Below are positions 57,771 through 64,000 of a stretch of 64,000 nt of DNA, piece by piece. The translations under genes and the position numbers were made by a program. The notes under the pieces are model-generated. The model was not told the DNA's origin and did not search any database. It saw nothing but the letters and a program-made list of their open reading frames with translations. The DNA comes from Candidatus Marinacidobacterales bacterium (GTDB lineage Bacteria > Acidobacteriota > Vicinamibacteria > Marinacidobacterales > SMYC01), in contig CBDCYI010000005.1 of NCBI GenBank assembly GCA_965224085.1, forward strand, positions 256,001 through 320,000. Reading direction: 5' to 3'. Position 1 is the stretch's first letter. Every line of letters starts with the position of its first letter.

Positions 57771-59432
57771 ATGACCCGGTTAGGTTTTCAGGATCGACCT
57801 GCGACGCCGTTAAGAACGCGGACGGAACGGCGAACATTCATACGACTTGCAGGGAGCGCCGCCGGCTTGGCGGTGTTCTGCTTGGCAATGCTCGGCACGC
57901 CAGTCGGTCAGGCGAGCGGGGCGGCACCTAAACAGCTCACCGTCGGGGAACTCTTCAGCCTCCGAACGCTCGACCCCGGACGGACCCAAGAGGTCACTGC
58001 CTTAATGATCAACAAGGGGTTGTACGACACACTCGTTACTTTCCATGGCGAAGACGTGAAAACAATCCGACCTTCGATCGCCACGGAGTGGTCGGTATCG
58101 GCGGATGGGCTCAGTTATATTTTCAAGCTGCGATCCGATGTCAAGTTCACGAGCGGGAATCCGCTGACCTCCGCGGACGCGAAGTGGTCGCTCGATCGGA
58201 TTATCCATCTCAAGGCGACGACGAAGTTCTATGTCAAAACTCTTGATAGGGTTGAGGCGCCGGACCCGACAACCCTGGTCATCCACTTGAAGCATCCGGA
58301 CCCGTCTCTTCTGGCGAAACTCACCACGCCGTCTCTCGGAGTCGTCGACAGCAAGCTGGTTATGCACAACGGCGGCGATGCAGGCCCGGACGCATCAACC
58401 AAGGACAAGGCCGAGGCGTACCTCAACGCCCATTCTGCGGGGAGCGGCCCCTTCATCCTGGAGAGCTTCATTACCGATCAAGAAATTGTACTGGTAAAGA
58501 ACCCGAACTACTGGCGGGGGCCCGCGAAGTTGGACCGCGTCGTCTTTCGCCACATCAGCGAAGGCACCATGCGGGAGCTGCTGGTCAAGAAGGGTGACAT
58601 CGATCTCGCCCTTAACATCAGTCAAGACCAGCTCCCAGCACTCAAGAAGGCGGGCGTGACGGTAAAGTCGACCCCCATCGCCATGATCTTCTATATTCAG
58701 ATAAACCAGGATCCGGCGGTTTCCAACGACTTCGCCAATCCCCTGGTTCAACAAGCCATACGGTACGCGATCGACTATGACGGACTTATGACGATCGTCG
58801 GCGCGGGCGCGAAGCCTTTGGCCAGTCTGATGCCGTCGATCTTCCCGGGTGCCCCGGATTCAAAGGAGGCTTACAAGACGAACCCCGCAAAGGCGAGAGC
58901 TCTTCTGAAGCAGGCGAACGTCAAGAACCCGAAAGCAGAGATGATCTTCTACGCGAGCTGGATCATTAACGGCATCCCTATTGATCTTATCGCGCAGAAG
59001 ATTCAATCGGATCTCGCCGCGGTTGGCATTAATCTCGTGCTGGGTCCCAAGCCAAACGCGTTGGCTCGCGCGCAGTGGCGGGGTGGCAAGGCGCAGCTCG
59101 GCCTGTTCCGTTGGGTCGCCGATTACGCCGATCCCAGCAACTACATGGGCTTTCTCCCCGACGGGTCAGTCGGGAAGCGTGCGAGATGGACCTCGGAATC
59201 GAGTCCGGAAGCGAAGGAGCTCGCCGAGCTCGGTCATAAGGCGATCACGGAAACAAATGACGCGAAACGTACGGAGATGTACGAGGACGTCGAGCGCCGG
59301 CTGGCGAAGATTGGGCCCTTCGTTCCCCTCTTCCAGCCGGCGGCTCCGGTCGCCTTCAATACAAAAGTCAAAGGGATAACTTTCCACAGCGTGTGGTCAG
59401 TTGATTTCTACCCCGTGAGCAAAGATAATTGA
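57771..59432 (+). CDS. ABC transporter substrate-binding protein, family 5 (Tat-like signal)
   Basis: RRTFIR signal; TLDP, LYDTLV, VKFTSGNPLTSAD, GSGPF, NPNYW, AIRYAIDY. Confidence 0.92.
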   Translation: MTRLGFQDRPATPLRTRTERRTFIRLAGSAAGLAVFCLAMLGTPVGQASGAAPKQLTVGELFSLRTLDPGRTQEVTALMINKGLYDTLVTFHGEDVKTIRPSIATEWSVSADGLSYIFKLRSDVKFTSGNPLTSADAKWSLDRIIHLKATTKFYVKTLDRVEAPDPTTLVIHLKHPDPSLLAKLTTPSLGVVDSKLVMHNGGDAGPDASTKDKAEAYLNAHSAGSGPFILESFITDQEIVLVKNPNYWRGPAKLDRVVFRHISEGTMRELLVKKGDIDLALNISQDQLPALKKAGVTVKSTPIAMIFYIQINQDPAVSNDFANPLVQQAIRYAIDYDGLMTIVGAGAKPLASLMPSIFPGAPDSKEAYKTNPAKARALLKQANVKNPKAEMIFYASWIINGIPIDLIAQKIQSDLAAVGINLVLGPKPNALARAQWRGGKAQLGLFRWVADYADPSNYMGFLPDGSVGKRARWTSESSPEAKELAELGHKAITETNDAKRTEMYEDVERRLAKIGPFVPLFQPAAPVAFNTKVKGITFHSVWSVDFYPVSKDN

Positions 59433-59445
59433 TTTCTAGTACGTG

Positions 59446-59463
59446 GTCTGGAGCGTTCCAGAC
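59446..59463 (+). terminator. Intercistronic stem-loop after the substrate-binding protein gene
   Basis: GTCTGGA-gcgt-TCCAGAC with no U-tract; may stabilise the SBP mRNA. Confidence 0.35.
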
Positions 59464-59491
59464 TGAGGTAAGACCCTGACGGCGTTTTCCT

Positions 59492-60517
59492 ATGGGATAT
59501 CTGTGGCCTTTCATCGGGCGACGTCTGCTTCACCTTGTCCCGACGATGCTTGGCATCACGGTCATCAGCTTCATTCTCTCCCAGGCTCTACCGGCGGACC
59601 CGACGACCCTTAACCTCGGCGAGCAAGCCGCGGCGGACCCCGAAGTGGTCGCCGCCTTTCGCAAGGAGTGGGGGCTCGATAAACCACCCGTCGAACAGTA
59701 CCTACGTTATCTTTGGAACCTGCTCCATGGCAACATGGGCATCTCGATCTCGTCCCGCCGTCCAGTGATCGAGGATCTCGGGCGGGCGATACCCGCAACG
59801 GTGGAGCTGACCGCGATGAGCATGGTGGTCAGCATCCTCTTCGGCATCCCGCTCGGCATCCTTGCCGCCGTCAAACGCGGCACCATTATCGACCAGATCA
59901 GCCGGGTCTTCTCCCTGGTCGGCGTATCTGTGCCTGCGTTCTGGCTGGGCTTGGTCGGGCTAATCGTGTTCTATGGTTGGCTCGACTGGGTCCCGGGACC
60001 CGGCCGAATCAGTCCGGCGATCCCTCATCCCCCGTTCGTGACTGGCTTGCTGGTTATCGATTCGCTGCTCGCCGGCCGAATGGACGCAGTCGAGAACACG
60101 CTGTGGCACCTAGTGCTACCGTCGCTGGTCCTCAGCCTGTACAACCTGGGCACTCTGGCCCGGCTCATGCGCAGCACGATGCTCGAGGTGCTTGGCGAGG
60201 ACTACGTGCGTACGGCGCGTGCGAAGGGAGTGCCTGAGTGGTCCGTTCTCTTCCGACACGCGTTGAGAAATAGCCTCATTCCGATCATCACCGTGATTGG
60301 CCTGGGATTCGGGCGGCTCCTGTCGGGCGCCGTGGTCACCGAGAGCGTATTCGCCTGGCCGGGCCTCGGACTCTACGCTTTTCGCAGTGCGACGTCGTTG
60401 GACTTTCCCGCGATCATGGGCGTCGCAATCGTCATAGCAAGTATATATCTCGTGGTAAATCTTCTCGTCGATATCGTGTATGTCTTCGCGGATCCGCGTA
60501 TCCGGGTCGCTGGTTAA
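59492..60517 (+). CDS. Peptide ABC transporter permease (DppB-like)
   Basis: PADP, GLDKP, PATVEL, DYVRTARAKG, ESVFAWPGLG, DPRIR. Confidence 0.93.
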   Translation: MGYLWPFIGRRLLHLVPTMLGITVISFILSQALPADPTTLNLGEQAAADPEVVAAFRKEWGLDKPPVEQYLRYLWNLLHGNMGISISSRRPVIEDLGRAIPATVELTAMSMVVSILFGIPLGILAAVKRGTIIDQISRVFSLVGVSVPAFWLGLVGLIVFYGWLDWVPGPGRISPAIPHPPFVTGLLVIDSLLAGRMDAVENTLWHLVLPSLVLSLYNLGTLARLMRSTMLEVLGEDYVRTARAKGVPEWSVLFRHALRNSLIPIITVIGLGFGRLLSGAVVTESVFAWPGLGLYAFRSATSLDFPAIMGVAIVIASIYLVVNLLVDIVYVFADPRIRVAG

Positions 60518-60521
60518 GCAC

Positions 60522-61364
60522 GTGTCGAAGCAAGTTCCAGTATTGGACATCATTGCGCGCAGTTCGATGCTGAGCCTGATTGCTGTCGTAGTGCTCGTGC
60601 TATGGATTCTGGCCGCCATCGCGGCGCCTGTCATGGCCCCGTACGATCCGCTGCATTTGGACATTCCCATTCGCTTGTCCCCGCCGAGCGCCGAGCACTG
60701 GTTCGGTACCGATCCACTCGGGAGGGACATCTGGAGTAGGGTCCTCTACGGCGCACGGATCTCCATCGCTGTCGGCATTACCGCGGTCGTGGTCGCTGCG
60801 TCTCTCGGGACGGTGATCGGATCCGTGTCCGGGGCCGGGAGCAAGCTCGTGGACGAGATCCTGATGCGCATAGCCGACTTGATGCTCGCGTTCCCGAGCG
60901 TGATTCTTGCCCTCGTGATCACCGCGGCGCTCGGCGCCGGAATCGTCAACGCCCTTATCGCCATTTCCATCGCTTGGTGGCCGCAATACGCGCGGGTTGT
61001 GCGGGGATTGGTCCTCTCGATAAAAGAGCGGGATTACGTGCAGGCGGCGTACGCGATTGGCGCGTCGGAGACTCGGGTGATAATCCGGTATGTGCTTCCC
61101 AACGTTATGCCCTCCATCATCGTCCTCGGCACGCTCGACGTGGGGCACGCAATCCTGACGTTCGCGTCCCTCAGCTTCCTGGGTCTCGGTCCTCCACCAG
61201 AAATTGCGGAGTGGGGGTCGATGATCGCGGCGGGACGCAACTACTTCGAACAGTGGTGGATCGGCACGTTCCCGGGCCTTGCCATCTTGAGCGTGGCGCT
61301 GACGTTCAACGTGCTCGGCGACAGCCTCCGCGACATGCTGGATCCACGAGTGCGCAAGCTGTAG
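60522..61364 (+). CDS. Peptide ABC transporter permease (DppC-like)
   Basis: HWFGTDPLGRD, YVQAAYAIGA, LSFLGLG.PP..EWG, GDSLRD.LDP; start (GTG 60522) is approximate. Confidence 0.92.
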   Translation: MSKQVPVLDIIARSSMLSLIAVVVLVLWILAAIAAPVMAPYDPLHLDIPIRLSPPSAEHWFGTDPLGRDIWSRVLYGARISIAVGITAVVVAASLGTVIGSVSGAGSKLVDEILMRIADLMLAFPSVILALVITAALGAGIVNALIAISIAWWPQYARVVRGLVLSIKERDYVQAAYAIGASETRVIIRYVLPNVMPSIIVLGTLDVGHAILTFASLSFLGLGPPPEIAEWGSMIAAGRNYFEQWWIGTFPGLAILSVALTFNVLGDSLRDMLDPRVRKL

Positions 61365-61405
61365 GCGTTTCGGATGGAAACTGTCGACACTATTAGGGTG
61401 GCGCG

Positions 61406-62491
61406 GTGCCGCAATCGCGAGCTAGGTCCTTGACGACGGCCAACAGAGCGGACGCACTCCTCGATGTGAGGGATCTGAAGACGCATTTTTTCGCGGCCGA
61501 GGAAGTGGCCCCCGCGGTGGACGGCGTGTCGTTCACGGTGCGGCGCGGCGAATCGCTCGGGATCGTCGGGGAGTCGGGCTCGGGCAAGAGCGTCACGTCC
61601 CTCTCGATTCTCCGCCTAATCCCCGATCCTCCAGGCAAGATCGTCGGCGGCCAGGTCCTCTTCGAGGGAACCGATCTCCTGACGGTCAGTGAGCGCGACA
61701 TGCGGAAGATCCGGGGCAACAAGATATCCATGATTTTCCAGGAGCCGATGACCTCGTTAAACCCGGTCTTAACCATCGGCAACCAAATCATGGAAACGAT
61801 CCTCCTTCATCAGAATGTCAACAAGAAGGAAGCGTTCGCGCGGACCATCGACATGCTTCAGCTTGTCGGTATCGCCTCGCCCGAGCGCCGGGTGATGGAG
61901 TACCCGTTTCAGTTCTCTGGCGGCATGAGGCAGCGGGTCATGATCGCGATGGCGCTGGCATGCAACCCAAACCTACTCATCGCCGACGAGCCGACGACCG
62001 CGCTCGACGTGACCATCCAAGCGCAGATCATTGACCTTATCGTTCGCCTCAAGGAAGAGTTCGGCATGGCGGTCATCCTCATCACCCACGACCTCGGCGT
62101 CATCGCGGAAACGGTGCAGCGGGTCTGCGTTATGTACGCCGGTAAGTTTGTCGAGATGGCGCCGGTCAATGAACTCTTCGCGAACCCCCAACACCCGTAC
62201 ACGCAGGGCCTCCTGCGCGCGCTCCCAAGTGGCGAAAAGGTACGGCTCCAGGAAATTCCCGGTGTGGTGCCGTCCTTGACGAACCTGCCGGGCGGCTGCC
62301 AGTTCTGCCCTCGGTTTGAGCGCAGCGCGGAGGTCTGCAGGAAGGAAGAACCGCCGTGGGTGGAGATTACGCCGGAACACTGGGTCCGGTGCTGGATAGT
62401 ATCGCACCTCTCGGGTCGTGCCGAGGTGGGGAGGGGCGTTGATTATAGCGTGCGACCCGACGACGAAGACGACGGCCAATTTCGGGGATGA
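61406..62491 (+). CDS. Peptide ABC transporter ATP-binding protein (DppD-like)
   Basis: [36 protein letters not shown]-terminal Cys cluster. Confidence 0.95.
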   Translation: MPQSRARSLTTANRADALLDVRDLKTHFFAAEEVAPAVDGVSFTVRRGESLGIVGESGSGKSVTSLSILRLIPDPPGKIVGGQVLFEGTDLLTVSERDMRKIRGNKISMIFQEPMTSLNPVLTIGNQIMETILLHQNVNKKEAFARTIDMLQLVGIASPERRVMEYPFQFSGGMRQRVMIAMALACNPNLLIADEPTTALDVTIQAQIIDLIVRLKEEFGMAVILITHDLGVIAETVQRVCVMYAGKFVEMAPVNELFANPQHPYTQGLLRALPSGEKVRLQEIPGVVPSLTNLPGGCQFCPRFERSAEVCRKEEPPWVEITPEHWVRCWIVSHLSGRAEVGRGVDYSVRPDDEDDGQFRG

Positions 62492-62497
62492 TGATCG

Positions 62498-63535
62498 ATG
62501 ACCACCAAGCAAAGCGTCCATGAAAAGGCCCCTGCGGCTATGGGCGAGACGCTGCTTGAAGTCCAGAATCTGGTCAAGCACTTTCCGATCACGGGCGGCC
62601 TCTTCGGCAAGCAGGTGGCCACGGTCGACGCGGTTAGCGGCGTCAGCTTCACTCTCAAAAGGGGTGAAACGCTCGGCCTCGTTGGCGAATCCGGTTGCGG
62701 CAAGTCGACCACCGGACGGCTGATCCTGCGGATGATTGAGCCGACCGGCGGCAAGGTGCTGTTCGACGGTCATGAAATCTTCGGCCTTGACCGACGTAAC
62801 ATGCAGACGCTCCGCCGTCGCATGCAGATTGTCTTCCAAGACCCCTACGCCTCATTGAACCCACGAATGACGATCGGGACCATCATCGGGGACGGTCTCA
62901 AGATCCACAAGCTTGGCACGCCGAAGGAGCGCAAGGAGAAGGTCGCCCACATTCTTGAGAAGGTCGGCCTTAGTGCCGAGCAGGCCGGCAGGTACCCTCA
63001 CGAATTCTCGGGCGGGCAGCGCCAGCGGGTTGGTATCGCGCGGGCCCTGGTGCTCAATCCCGACCTTCTCATCGGGGACGAGCCGGTCTCGGCGCTGGAC
63101 GTCTCCATCCAGGCGCAGGTCATCAACCTGCTCGGTGACCTGCAGAAGGAGTTCGGGCTCTCGTACATCATCATCGCCCACAATCTCTCGGTCGTGCGCC
63201 ACATCAGCGACCGCGTAGCGGTGATGTACCTCGGCAAGATCGTCGAGATGTCGGACGTGAGCGCGCTCTACAAGAACCCGCTCCACCCCTACACCGAGGC
63301 GCTCCTCTCGGCGAATCCGGTCCCCGATCCGACCGCCAAGAAGAAACGGATCATCCTCGAGGGGGATGTCCCGTCGCCCATCAACCCGCCGTCGGGCTGC
63401 CGTTTCCACCCACGCTGTTCCTACAAGCAAAAGCACTGTTCCGAGGTGGAGCCCGAGTTTCGTGAACTCAGGCCCGGTTGCTTCGTGGCCTGTCACTTCC
63501 CGCTCGGGATGCCGGACAAGTGGATAAGTACGTGA
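62498..63535 (+). CDS. Peptide ABC transporter ATP-binding protein (DppF-like)
   Basis: [44 protein letters not shown]. Confidence 0.95.
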   Translation: MTTKQSVHEKAPAAMGETLLEVQNLVKHFPITGGLFGKQVATVDAVSGVSFTLKRGETLGLVGESGCGKSTTGRLILRMIEPTGGKVLFDGHEIFGLDRRNMQTLRRRMQIVFQDPYASLNPRMTIGTIIGDGLKIHKLGTPKERKEKVAHILEKVGLSAEQAGRYPHEFSGGQRQRVGIARALVLNPDLLIGDEPVSALDVSIQAQVINLLGDLQKEFGLSYIIIAHNLSVVRHISDRVAVMYLGKIVEMSDVSALYKNPLHPYTEALLSANPVPDPTAKKKRIILEGDVPSPINPPSGCRFHPRCSYKQKHCSEVEPEFRELRPGCFVACHFPLGMPDKWIST

Positions 63536-64000
63536 GCCCGGAGCCGTCGGTGTCGAGCCCGGCGGCCACGTAAATGGCGGCAGGCCGGAGCCGGTCGCGC
63601 AGCTCAAGGTACTTGGCGTCGATGAACGGGGCGAGCAAGTCGGTGTCGAGCGGGCGAGTGTTTTCTCAGCTCGAGCTCCTGGATGAACTCGTTGGCGACG
63701 GTCTAAAGCTCTTGCTCGGAGACAGACAAGCCGAGATTTCTCAGCGCGGTCTTGGCCGCGTTGATCGAGCGGCTGGAAGCGATGCTACGTCTTTTTGTGA
63801 CGATCTTGCACGTCTCTGTTACCGTCCAGCCCACGGAATCTGACGCAGCCGAGCTGCCGACGATCTCCTGGCCCCACGATCAAAGAACAGTTGCCTGATC
63901 AACAGCGAATGGCGCGAACAACCGTCGATAGGCTCACCGCACCCTGACTGAGCCTCAACGAGCTATGGAGACGCGCTTGCAAGGGGAGGCGTGAGCGGCG

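Noticed and set aside
1-64000. CRISPR array, rRNA, tRNA
   Set aside because: No regularly spaced direct repeats or recognisable structural RNA genes found by eye; a tRNAscan/Infernal run would be decisive.
63540-64000. Possible gene fragment(s) at the window end
   Set aside because: The minus strand shows protein-like patches with frame breaks, but no family could be recognised.

Overview
64-kb GC-rich bacterial window. The gene content (CRTAC1/ASPIC, a DUF1592-DUF1552-ankyrin trio, PD40 amidohydrolases, PQQ-type propellers, NHL proteins) resembles Acidobacteriota-like environmental lineages; this is an inference only. Most genes encode exported amide/peptide-processing enzymes, PLP enzymes and two peptide-type ABC importers, interspersed with many decayed gene fragments. 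The most structured signal is at 10.8-21.7 kb. A tyrosine-recombinase + IS91-like (Y2 HUH) transposase element has the same hairpin-GCGGCTTAGTTCAATTA motif at both ends, in inverted orientation. A 540-bp IS200-type element has inserted exactly inside the left motif, between TTAG and TTCAA. A near-identical inverted, transposase-less copy of the ~465-bp left arm lies at 21.1-21.6 kb, so the two copies bracket ~6.7 kb of transporter cargo. Other notable observations: a ~55-bp conserved element upstream of three exported-protein genes; several apparent pseudoenzymes in one operon; a Tat-signal GatC/AtzG-like partner next to a signal-less amidase; and signal peptides on normally cytoplasmic lyase/aldolase families. 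I saw no rRNA, tRNA or CRISPR array. All family calls come from motif recognition by eye, not database searches.
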